A DNA stretch of 64,000 nucleotides, from contig OZ024743.1 of assembly GCA_964016885.1 (NCBI GenBank), forward strand, positions 88,598,001 through 88,662,000, given 5' to 3'. The position numbers and the translations under genes are program-made. Below, in pieces: positions 39,997 to 53,200 of the stretch. The notes under the pieces were generated by a model, which worked only from the letters and a program-made list of their open reading frames with translations, had not been told where the DNA came from and made no database searches. Each line of letters starts with the position of its first letter. The first letter of the stretch is position 1. Source of the DNA: Eledone cirrhosa. Lineage: Eukaryota.

Positions 39997-42900
39997 CGTT
40001 TCTGAATTTGTTTAGCAAGATTCTTTATCTGAAAACGTGTGTTGAAACCGATATTGTTATACTTTGGGAGGGTCATGTTGCCAATAAGAAACACATGCAC
40101 CAGTTGCTTTCACTTCAATTTATTATAAATTAAATTTATAAATTTAGGAATTTATAAATTTCCGGATGGTTGGTTGGTTCCACAACCAGACGATTGTTCA
40201 TATATTGTCAAAGTTCTTTCGTCACACATTATGTGACCTCTTCAGTGACTGGGGATTCTTTTCTTTGTTTTTGTGCCTCTCCTTTGTTCTGTCCTACGCC
40301 ATCTTGTTTTGTTTTTTATCTTAATTATGTTGCTACAATAAGAAGCTCATTTTCCAGTCACAAGTTCCTGGGTTCTTACCCTACATTTCATCATCATCAT
40401 CATCATCATTACCGTTTTACGTCCGTTCTTCCACGCTAGCATGGGTTAGACGGGTTGTCCTGTTGTGGGCAGCGTCCGGTCGGCTGACCTTGTCTTGCTC
40501 ATACGGGAACTGATTCTGGCTTGATTTCTACAGCTGGATGCCCTTCCTAACACCAACCTCATTTGCAGTGAGTGCTGGGTGCTTTTTTTCCGTAGTGCCT
40601 ACACATCCACTTTACAGTGTGGGCTGGGTGTTATTTTGCCGTGGCACCTCCACGGCCACTTTGCAGTGGGAGGGTGTGGGGGCATATTGCCTATATGCTT
40701 CAGCTTCGGCTTGTCCTTATAAATTATTATTTCTCCAAAGTTACTTATGCATTTTATCCTGTATATTATTAGTAAATATATTGTAAACATTTGTGAGACT
40801 TTATCCTAGAAATTTTAGTAAAAATATATTTTTTTTTGATGATAGCAGAAATTATCTGAAAAGAAGATATAGATTGTAAGGCTGCGTGTTCATGTTCCAT
40901 AGTGAAGAAAATGATCAGATCAGAAGGCATAATTTGAAACTTAATCATCATCGTCATCATTTTACGTCCGCTTTTCCCCCTTGCAAGGGTGGGATGGGTC
41001 CTATTCAGCATCTCTCCACTTGTCACGGTCCTTCATCATCTCCACCGTGAGCTTCAGTGATCTGAGGTCTGCTCACACCACCTCCGCCCATGTTTTTCGT
41101 GGTCTACCTCTACCACGTCTTCCTTCAACTGGCATAATAATTATTTATTCTTCCAAACATATCAATGCAAGCACTAGGAGAGTGAAGAGCTGCAAATTAA
41201 GGCATAGTTAAGCTGAATGATAAAAATGTAATTCACCTAAGGAAATCCAGAACGTAGTTACGTTAGTTCCGCTCAGTTGAAAATCTGGAACGTAACTACT
41301 CTAGTAATAAGTCTTTAGTAATACATAGTGAAGTATTTCACACGGACTCACATGAATTAACATTTTGTTATAGCTAAATGATATGAACAACAAACAAGGA
41401 GAGAATTTGTGTTGTGCGAGGAATGTGTGTGAGGAAGGAAGTTTGTTAAGAGGGCCAAAGTTTTTTGTTAAGTCCTACATCTTGCTAGTTGTTGACTGGG
41501 AATGTAATTTGTGAGGTTTGGTGTTGACGAAGTGAAAACTGCAACTGGTGGGGAGAACTGAAAAATGGTGCAAAGCAACTGTTGGGCAGAAGTCCTTTGT
41601 ATTCATACGCTGCCAACCCCCAAGGGCTGGCGAGTGACAAAGCACAACCAAATTATTCCAAGCTATTTTTGTCTTTAATCTCTTTTTATATATATATATG
41701 GAGGCACATGGCTTAGTGGTTAGAGTATTGGCCTTGCAATCGAAAGGTTGTGAGTTCAATTCTCAGACCGGGTGATGTGTTGTTTCCTTGAGCAAGACAC
41801 TTTATTTCACATTGCTCCAGTTTACTCAGCTGTAGAAATGATATGATAGGGACTGGGGTCCCTATCATTCCACTGCAAAGTGGACGTGTAGGTACCACGG
41901 CAAAAAAGCACCCAGCACTCACTGTAAATGAGGTTGGTGTTAGGAAGGGCATCCAGCTGTAGAAATCAAGCCAGAATCAGTTCCCGTCCCACCCTTGCAA
42001 GCAGGGAAAAGCAGACGTAAAATGAAATGATGATATATATATATATATATATACAGGGTACAGACAATATTTGTTCGCAAGATTACTGTCTAGGAAAAAG
42101 TAACACAGTAGTTTTATTTTTTAAGATATATTTATCAAACTTGGGTCAGTTTGTCTTCATGACTTGTTCTTTCGATCTCACTCGATAAACCCGCCATTGG
42201 CTTTGATGATGGCCGCAAGGCGGCCTCAGAACTGGCTACAGGCCTTCATCACTGTCCCCTGACTTAGGCTCCTAAAGGGACTTGTGATCCTGGCCTTCAG
42301 ATTGTCTTTCGTATTGCAGTTAGATCTGTTGGTGTCTCGTTCCACTGCGCCCCACACAAAGAAGTCGAGAGGGTTGCAGTCAGACGAGCTGGGAGGCCAG
42401 ATATCAGGTGAAGTATGATCGACGAAGTTCTCTGACAGCTAGGCTTGGGTCTTTCGGCTGGTATGGCAGGGCGCTGAGTCTTGCTGCCACATGTACGGCC
42501 TACCTGCAGCTACCTGGTCGATCCAGGGCTTTACTACCTCGCTCAGAATGCGGATGTAGCTATCGGTGTTCAGCTTGAGGTCCTCAGGGAAGAAGTGAGG
42601 TGGCATGATGTCACCTTGACTGCTGACGACACCTAAGACCAATGTTATCGCTGGAAACTTTGTCTGCATGACTCTGGGAACGTCTTTGGATGAGACAGTG
42701 AGCCACCTATTGTTCTGGGAGTTGATCTTCTGGTCTTGACAGAAGTTTTTCTCGTCGGAGAAAAACCACAGCATGTCTGGCTCCAGTGGGTGTTTCAACT
42801 TGTTGATCAGCTTCTTTGCGTGCTTCAGTCGCTTTTCTTGCATGGCCTTTGACAGAAATTGTCCTTTCCTCATCTTGTATGAAACTTAGCGAATGTCTTC

Positions 42901-43344
42901 ATGTACCACCAGCCTAATGAGCTTTTCACCCACGCCTTTCTCCCTTGCAATAGCATGCATCGATTTGCTAGGTTCATTGTTGATGATATCCTGAACTTCA
43001 GCGACGAACTCGGGTGTTCTGAAGGCGTCAGATCATGTGTTTTCCTCTCTGATATTGTTTCGTAGCTCTGATGTTGCTTCCAATTCCTTTCTGACCTTTT
43101 TCACCATTCTCCTGCTGATGCTGAGAAAGTCTGAAATTTCCTTATTTGTCCTCCCGTCGTGAATTCCAAGAACTCCGTGTCCCTTCCACAAATTTGGAGG
43201 TTCAAAATTATTCATAATCAATTATTCTGAAAATAAATAATGGAAATATAGTCACTGTTTTTATGAAGACAAGAGTGACAACGGAAGTAAAAAAAATTTG
43301 CATAAAATTAGCAGTTGAAAATTGCAAACAAATATAACACCCTG

Positions 43345-43442
<98 letters not shown>

Positions 43443-46400
43443 ACATGGCTTAGTGGTTAGAGCATTGGGCTTGCAATCGAAAGGTGAGTTCAATTGTCGG
43501 ACCAGGTGATGTGTTGTTTCCTTAAGCAAGACCCTTTATTTTACATTGCTCCAGTTTACTCAGCTGTAGAAATGAGATGATAGGGACTGGGGTCCCTATC
43601 ATTCCACTGCAAAGTGGACGTGTAGGCGCCACAGAAAAAAAGCACCCAGCACTCACTGCAAATGAGGTTGGTCTTAGGAAGGGCATCCAGCTGTAGAAAT
43701 CAAGCCAGAATCAGTTCCCATATGAGCAAGACAAGGTCAGCTGACCGGACACTGCCCACAACAGGACAACCCGTCTAACCCATGCTAGTGTGGAAGAACG
43801 GACGTAAAACGGTGATGATGATGATATGTATATGTGTGTGTATCTGTAATTCTTTAAAATTTGCACACATAAACATATACAAACATACAAACAATGAATT
43901 TCTTATCTCAGTCATATTACTATAGTAAGAAATTCACTTTCCAGTCACAAGATCTTGGGTTCTTACTCTGCATTTATCCCTCTAAATAGTTCTTCCTCCA
44001 AAATTACTCAAACATTTTATTCTGTATATTATTAGTATCATCATCATCATCATCACCGTTTTACGCCCGTTCTTCCACGCTAGCATGGGTTAGACGGGTT
44101 GTCCTGTTGTGGGCAGTGTCTGGTCGGCTGACCATGCCTTGCTCATACAGGAACTGATTTGGCTTGATTTCTACAGCTGGATGCCCTTCCTAACACAACC
44201 TCATTTACAGTGAGTGCTGGGTGCTTTTTCGTGGTGCCTACACGTCCACTTTACAGTGTGGGCTGGGTGCTTTTTTGCCGTGGCACCTCCACGACCACCT
44301 TGCAGTGGGAAGGTGTGAGGGCATATTGTCTATATGCTTCAGCTTGTACCCATGGGAGGTCGGGTACTCTGTATTACTGCGTGATGCCAGAGGTCACGGT
44401 CGTGTGTCATCGCCTTTGAGAGGTGTAATTGGGTAAGGTCGGCTTTTATCACCTCATCCCAGGTCATCTTGGGTCTCCCCACTCCGCGGTTTCCATCGAC
44501 TTCTAGTGCTCTGCATCTTTTTATGCAGCTGTCATCCTTCATACACATCACATGTCCATACCAACGCAACCGCCTCTCCTGCACACAGCATTTGATTCCT
44601 CTTATGCTCAGCCTCTCTCTCAATTCATTTATGCTTTGTCGTTCGCGTATATTACTATTACACATCCATCGGAGCATGCAGGCTTCGTTTCTCTCTAATC
44701 TACGTAAGTCTTCCACCTTCAGCGCCCAGGTCTCACTACCATGTAACATTGCTGTTTGGATACACGCATCATACAGTCTGCCTTTCATTTTGAGGGAGAA
44801 GCCTTTTGCAGCTAACAGTGGCAGTAGTTCCCTGAACTTCTTCCATCCCGTTCTTACCCTAGTTATTGTACTTTCTGAACACCCATCTCCGCTGCTAATT
44901 CGGTCACCTAGGTAGCAGAAGCTGTCTACTGTCTCAACAGAGCCCTCCCAGAGATTGGTGGTACTTGTTTCCTGTGGCTGTTTGCTGCTTGCTGTCCCAG
45001 TACAGCTGCTGCATGTGAAGCCTACATTCTTAATTAAGCTTCCTGAGATTCCGCTACATCTCTTGTGTACCCATTGTTTGCATTTGGGGCAGAGAATGGA
45101 GTTCCTACCTACACCTTTCCTACATACTGAGCAAGGCCATTTCCCTGAGGGGATCTGGGTTCTGTTTTCTTGTCTACTTACAAGGACCTTAGTCTTTGTC
45201 ATGTTGACTTTGGGACCCTTTCTTTCTAGTCCCTGCTTCCAAGTTTGGAATTTCTTCTCTAGTTCTACCATAGATTCAGCTATAAGTGCGAGGTCATCAG
45301 CATACAGGAGTTCCCATGGGCATCCGGTCTTAAACTCCTCCATTATTGCCTGCAGGACTATGATGAACAGGAGAGGGCTAAGAACAGAGCCCTGGTGGAC
45401 CCCAACCTGTATGCTAAATTCCTCGCTATACTCATTACTAATCCTAACTTTGCTGACTGCTCCCCTATACATGGCCTGTACAGCTTTCACAAGCCATTCA
45501 TCTACTCCTAGTTTTCTAAGAGCCCACCAGATTACAGCATGTGGAACTCTGTCAAAGGCTTTCTCGAGATCGACGAATGCTGGGTAGAGTGGCTTACTTT
45601 TAGCTAGGTACTTTTCCTGTAACTGCCTTACATCACAAGGAAGAGGGCATCAGTGGTGCCTCTTCCTGGTACAAACCCAAATTGCATCTCATCTAGTTTC
45701 ACCCGGTCCCTAATCAACTGTGCTATAACTCTTTCTGTTACTTTCATGACCTGGTCCATCAGCTTTATACCTCTATAGTTTCCTCTATCGAGTGCATCAC
45801 CTTTACCTTTGTAGCAGTTGACAATGATGCTACTGCACCAATCTTTTGGTATGACACCTAGTATTACCTGGTTAACAATACGTCTGGTTAACAATAGTAT
45901 ATCTATTGTAAATATTTATGTGATCATATCCTAAAAATAAATAATTAAAATATCATTATTATCTTTAATTACCTCTACATGTCAGTAATTTCTTATGCAA
46001 ACTTTGAATTTATCAAAACAAATTTCCTCAGCTTGTATGATTGTTCACATATCCACAAACCTGGTTTATTTCGGACTTTTGGAAACATTTTGTCATGCTC
46101 AGAGTTGCTTAAGCATGGAACAAACTACCTGCATCAGTTGTTAGCTGCCGGGATACTGCATCCTTTAAAACTTCCATGCTTCCAGAAATTTGCCAACACC
46201 ACACCTGATATTCCCCCTCCATACACATGCACGCATGTGTATCTATGTATATTATGATTCTTACACTGTTCTGATATTTGTACATTATTCTTTGTACTAT
46301 ACATGCACCTTTGATGTAGTTGTAATACACAATAATTTTCATTATTTCATTATTGGCATACCAATATTGAAGCCCCAAAATTGAATACATTCAATGCTAT

Positions 46401-47233
46401 TGCCATCATTATTGATGACATAGATTTACAAGTTCTATTTATAGTATATCTATATTATATATAGTATATCAGTATACCATATATAGTATATATGTGTAAT
46501 ATATTTAGTATATCTGTATATTATATATTCTATATCTGTATGCTATATATAGCATATCTATATACTGTGTATTGTATATCTATATATTATGTATTATATA
46601 TCTGCATGCTATATGTTGTATATCTACATGCTATATACTGTATATATGTGTGCTATATCTGTATGTTATATATAATATATCTGTATGCTATATATAGTAT
46701 ATTATATGTCCTCATGTTACATAAATATCAGGAAACAAATGCTGTTATATTTATTGTATGATGTGTTCCATTGTGTCTCTTCAGGAGGCAGTCTGATGCT
46801 GTGACAAATGTGAAAAATCAAGGATCATGTGGAGCTTGTTGGTAAGGAATACTAAAGTCATTGTTGTCATTGACATCAGCATTATCACCACCACCACCAC
46901 CACCACCACTGACAACAACATCGCCAAAAACCATTACACCACCACCACCACCACCACCACCAACAACAACAACATCATCACCACCACCACCGACAACATC
47001 ACCAAAACCATCAAACCACCACCACCACCACCAATGACAACAACATCGCCAAAACCATTACACCACCACCACCACCAACATCACCACTACCACCACCACC
47101 ACCACCGACAACATCACCAAAACCACCACCACCACCACCACCACCACTAACAACATCACTACCACCACCACCGACAACATCACCAAAACCACCACCACCA
47201 ACAATAACATCACCAAAAAACCAACACACTACT

Positions 47234-47264
<31 letters not shown>

Positions 47265-50200
47265 TCACTACCACCACCACTGCCAACAACAACATCACTA
47301 CCCCCACCACTGCCAACAACATCACCAACACTTCCACCACCACCAACAACAATAACATCACCAAAAAACCAACACACTACTACCACCACCACCACCACCA
47401 CCACTAGCAACATCACCAAAACCACCACATTACCACCACCATTACATCAACAACAGTCCACTCTGTAAAGTGGTAATGTAGGGAGGTGCCATGTAAAAAT
47501 TCTCCCAGTTTATGCTGTAATGTAGATGGTGATAGGAAGGTCATCAAGCCATAGAAACCCCAGTCCAAAAGGGACCATATGAACAAGATATGTCTAGACT
47601 CATAATGAGTCATCTGTCTAACCCATGCAAACATGGAAAATACATGTTAAATGGTGATGATAAATTAGTTGTTAGTTTAGGGATTTTTGTTGTGAGATTC
47701 CTCAATGGTGCACCTTTGAAGTTTCTATTTGTGTATTTCTTCTACTAACTATCATTTCTACTAACTATCATTTCTACTAACTATCTTTTCTACTAACTAT
47801 ACTTTGTATTACCTATTTGTTCTACTAACTATGTCATGTAATAACTATGTCTTGTACTATCTATCTGTTTAACTATCTACATTCTATATATTGTATATCT
47901 GTATGTTATATATAGTATATATTGTATGTTATATATATAGTATATATTATATGTTATATATAGTATATATGTATGTATATCTATATGACATACAATATAT
48001 ACTATATATAACATACAATATATAGTATATATAACATACAGATATACTATATATAACATATACTATATATAATATACAATATATACTATATATAACATAC
48101 AATATATAGTATATATAACATACAGATATACTATATATAACATACTATATATACTATATATAACATACTATATATACTATACAATATATACTATATATAA
48201 CATACAATATATAGTATATATAACATGCAGATATACTATATATAACATACAATATATACTATATATAACATACTATATATACTATACAATATATACTATA
48301 TATAACATCCAATATATAGTATATATAACATAGAGATATACTATATATAACATACAATATATACTATATATAACATACTATATATAATATACAATATATA
48401 CTATATATAACATACAATATATAGTATATATAACATACATATATACTATATATAACATACAATATATACTATATATAACATACAATATATAGTATATATA
48501 ACATACATATATACTATATATAACATACAATATATACTATATATAGCATACAAATTGTATGTTATATATAGTATATATTGTATGTTATATGTAGTATATA
48601 TTGTATGTTATATGTAGTATATATTGTATGTTATATATAGTATATATATTGTATGTTATATATAGTATATATTATATGTTATATATAGTATATCTTTATG
48701 TTGTATATAATATGTATGCTATACATGGCTGAGCTGGCTTGACAGTTCCACATGCAAATAAGGCTAATCAGCCCATCTACATAGGAGAAAAAAAACTATA
48801 TATTTTCTCCTGTTTCAAATTCCAGCAGAGATCAGAGTAGGAGAAGTACTGTCCTGATGATGGCCTAAACCAGAAATGTGTTTGCAGTTATCCCCTGCTG
48901 CTTCTGCTGGAATCTGCTAGATGGCACTAGCTGTTAGCTTTTCAATATTCGTATCTAAAGGGCTTTCCAAATGTTTATTTGTAAACATATCGTATATTCT
49001 ATATATTGTATATCTGATGACTATATATAGTATATCCTCATGCTATATATTATATATCTAATGTCTATATATAGTATATCTACATGCTATATAGTATATC
49101 TATATGCTATATATTATATATCTAATGACTATATATTGTATATCTAATGACTATATATTGTATATCTAATGACTATATATAGTATATCTAATGTCTATAT
49201 ATAGTATATCTACATGCTATATAGTATATCTATATGCTATATATTATATATCTAATGACTATATATTGTATATCTAATCTAATGACTATATATAGTATAT
49301 CTAATGACTATATATAGTGTATCTAATAACTATATATTGTATATCTAATGACTATATATTGTATATCTAATGACTATATATAGTTTATCTAATGGATATC
49401 TATATAATATCTACATGCTATATATTGTATATCTAATTACTATATATATTATATCTACATGCTATATATAGTGTATCTAATAACTATATATTGTATATCT
49501 AATGACTATATATAGTATAACTAATGACTATACATAGTATAACTAATGACTATATATAGTATATCTACATGCTATATATTATATATATCTCTATGTTACA
49601 TGATTTTGAGGTGTTCATGTTTCCATTAATGTAGGGCATTCAGCTGTGTTGAGACAATGGAGAGTATGTATGCCATTATGAAGAATATCACTGCTCCAGA
49701 TATATCTGTACAAGAAGTTATTGACTGTTCTAGTGAGAGTATGGGATGTCGTGGTGGTGACACTTGCTCTACATTAAACTGGCTACATGAGGTTATTATT
49801 ATCACTTACTTTTTTAACATAATTGTGTTGTTGTGTTGTTCTTAACTATATTTTAATTCACCCTAATCCTATTTCTAATTGTTACTGTCCTCCATTAGAC
49901 TAGGTATATTGTATCTCTGTGTGTTGCAAGAGGTGACTAAAAGGGTTGGCACCAAGAAGGGCATCAATTGTAGAAAATTGCCATATTTACTCCACACGAC
50001 ATTGGTCAGCCTCAGGGTGTATATAATATATATAATGATAATAATGAAAATTATTGTGTACAGTGCTCAGGTGCACTACAACTCATCAAAGGAGCATGAA
50101 TAGTACATAGAATAATGTACAAATGTCAGGAAAGTGAACAGTATATAAGTCATGATACACACAGACACACACACATGCATGTGTGTGTATGGAGGGGGAA

Positions 50201-53200
50201 TATCAGGTGTAGTGTTGGCGAATTTCAAGAAACATGGAAGTTTTGAAGAATGCAGTGTCCTATCAGCTAACAACAGATGCAGCTAGTTTGTTCCATGCCT
50301 CAGCAACTCTGAGCATGACAAAATGTTTCCAAAAGTCATGGGAGCTGTACTGTTTTCTGATTTTGTAAGCATGTCCATCGGTGTTAGACATGGAATTCAA
50401 AAAGGTGCTCAGGGTTGTTGTTGGAAAGATGGTTCATAATTTTGTGGGTGTCTACCAAGTCAAAGATACTAGTTGAAGATGTCATGCAGTGAGAGAAAAC
50501 TCAAAACCTTGTGGTTGGGAAGTACTTAACCACACAGCCTTGCCTGCACTTTCATTTCACCAAAAAACAAAAAGTAAAAAAAGAGAATACTAAACACTGA
50601 AGTTAAATGTTGAAATATAAATATTAAATGATATCTTTTGTAGGGGTCATTAGTCTTGTCAAGGGCTTGACAAATTCTTTAGTGCTGGTGTTACAGTACA
50701 CTCTGTAAAGTGGTTGACCATTGCACAGTGACAATCATCATCATCACCGTTTAACGTTCATTTTTCCAAGCTAGCATGGGTTAGACGAGTTGTCCTGTTG
50801 TGAGACAAGTCACATCAGATGACCATGTCTTGCTCATACGGAACTGTTTCTGGCTTGATTTCTATAGCTGGATGCCCTTCCTAACACCAACCACATTTAC
50901 AGTATGAACTGGGAGCTTTTAATCATGGTACCTACATGACCACTTTACAGTGTGGAGTGGGCGCTTTTTGTTGTGACACCTACATGACCACTTTACAGTG
51001 TGGAGTGGGCGCTTTTTGTTGTGACACCTACATGACCACTTTACAGTGTGGAGTGGGCGCTTTTTGTTGTGACACCTACATGACCACTTTACAGTGTGGA
51101 GTGGGCGCTATTTGTTGTGACACCTACATGACCACTTTACAGTGTGGAGTGGGCGCTTTTTGTTGTGACACCTACATGACCACTTTACAGTGTGGAGTGG
51201 GCGCTTTTTGTTGTGACACCTACATGACCACTTTACAGTGTGGAGTGGGCGCTTTTTGTTGTGACACCTACATGACCACTTTACAGTGTGGAGTGGGTGC
51301 TATTTGTCATGGCAGCTATATGACCACTTTACAGTGTGGAGTGGGTGCTATTTGTCATGGCAGCTATATGACCACTTTACAATGTGGGCTTGGACAATAT
51401 TGGTTAGAATGACTTTTTCATCATATCAAGAGCATGGCAACCTCTCTAGTGCTGATGTAATGATAAAATACACCCAGGACACTCTGTAATATGGTTGGTG
51501 TTAGGAAGGTGATGATGGTGATGATGACAATAAGGATGAGGATGATGATGATGATGTTGATGTTGAAATGATGATAATGACAACAATGATGATGACAACG
51601 ATAATGGTGGTGGCAGTGATGATGACAATGGTTATAATGGTGATGATGATGACAATGATTATGGTGGTGATGACGATGTTGGTGATAATGATAGTGATGG
51701 CGATGATGGTGATACTGGTGGTTGTAATAATGATGATGACAATAACAATGGTGATGATGATGACAATGATTATGATGGTGATGATGATAATGATATTGTA
51801 AATTAAAATAGTGATGATGATGATTTATATATTTATTTGCTTGTAGAAACGCAAGACTGTGGTCTATGAATCTCACTACCCCCTCACAGACGTTGACGAA
51901 CCATGTCGTCCTATTCCTGCTCATGCTAAAGGTGTTCAAGTGATAAACTCAACTTGTGATAAGTATGAACTGTCTCACAACTACTTAATGACTCTCTAAT
52001 GACTGCCTAACTAACAACTACTCAATGACTCCCTAATGACTGTCTACCTTACAACTATTAAACAACTGCCTTGTGACTGCCTAACAACTGTCTGCCTCAC
52101 TAACAACTCTTTAACAGCTGCTTAGTGACTGCCTAACAACTGCCTCAGATAAAAGATATTGTCTTATCATTATGTTTATATTTACACTCAGTAAAGTTGT
52201 TGGTGAGAGAAATGACATGCAGCTAGAGAAAACTGACCTAACAAAGGGTTAAAAAGACTCTCCAGTTGTCCCAAGGACATGATGACCTCTCTAGTACTGG
52301 TACCATGATAAAATGTATTTGATGCACTTTGTAGAGTGCAAGAATGTAAGATGAGGTTCCGGCCTATATAAGAGATTGACTCCGATTAAGTACTAGCTTG
52401 GCCTGTGAGGTAAAAAGAGACATTAAATGATGATGATGTTGTTTATATACACTGTTGTCTTATCAATATATTTATTTACTTAACCCTTTTGATAACAAAC
52501 TACTTGAAACTCTCCTTGGTTCTGTGATATAAGCTGTTTATTTTTAAGTGTTTAATATTTATCTAAAGTCGTTTTGTCATAATTTTATCTAAGAACTTTG
52601 TTAACCCTCTCAGACCTGGGCTCTTCTGTCTAACTTTACCCTCCACCTAGCGTCCTGACCCTCAAAATAAATAGTTGACGAAGTGTTGAGTTCATCACAT
52701 GCTTGTCTCATCTAAATAAAAATATCCATTTTTTAGATTAAAAACAAAAGTAAACAACAACTATAGGGGACACCATTAACAATGTGTTATAAACACATGT
52801 AACTACACATCTGCAATGTAATCAGATGTCTATTTTTAGTATTTTATCTTCTTTTTCTGTGTGTGTTGTTCATTACTGCTTTAACCCTTTAGCATTTACG
52901 TTACTCTATATTTTCTATTATATTTTCACGGTAAAGGCTTTATCTTACATAATTATCTCATATAATATCGAATCTACGAGATTTTGATATTATTTATTTT
53001 GAGAACAATACCTTAACATAAGTATGAGTGGCCACTTATGGCTGGTTTGAAGAGAAAGAGGTGAGAGAATTCTGACCAGATACAGTCAATTTAAATGCTA
53101 AAGGGTTAATGGGAATCTGGTAGAGATTACATTTAGGCTATTACTGCTATAGCATGGATAATGTGTGACAAAGTCAAGTTACATTTCAAACACCAGCTTA

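Noticed and set aside
46827-47428. His/Thr/Val-rich ORFs (also 51421-51939)
   Set aside because: Translations of (CAC)n and (GAT)n microsatellites.
50936-51412. 158-aa Cys-rich repeat ORF (MTTLQCGVGAFCCDTY)n
   Set aside because: It is an artefact of a 48-bp minisatellite derived from the RTE/SINE tail, within an intron and with no splice support.
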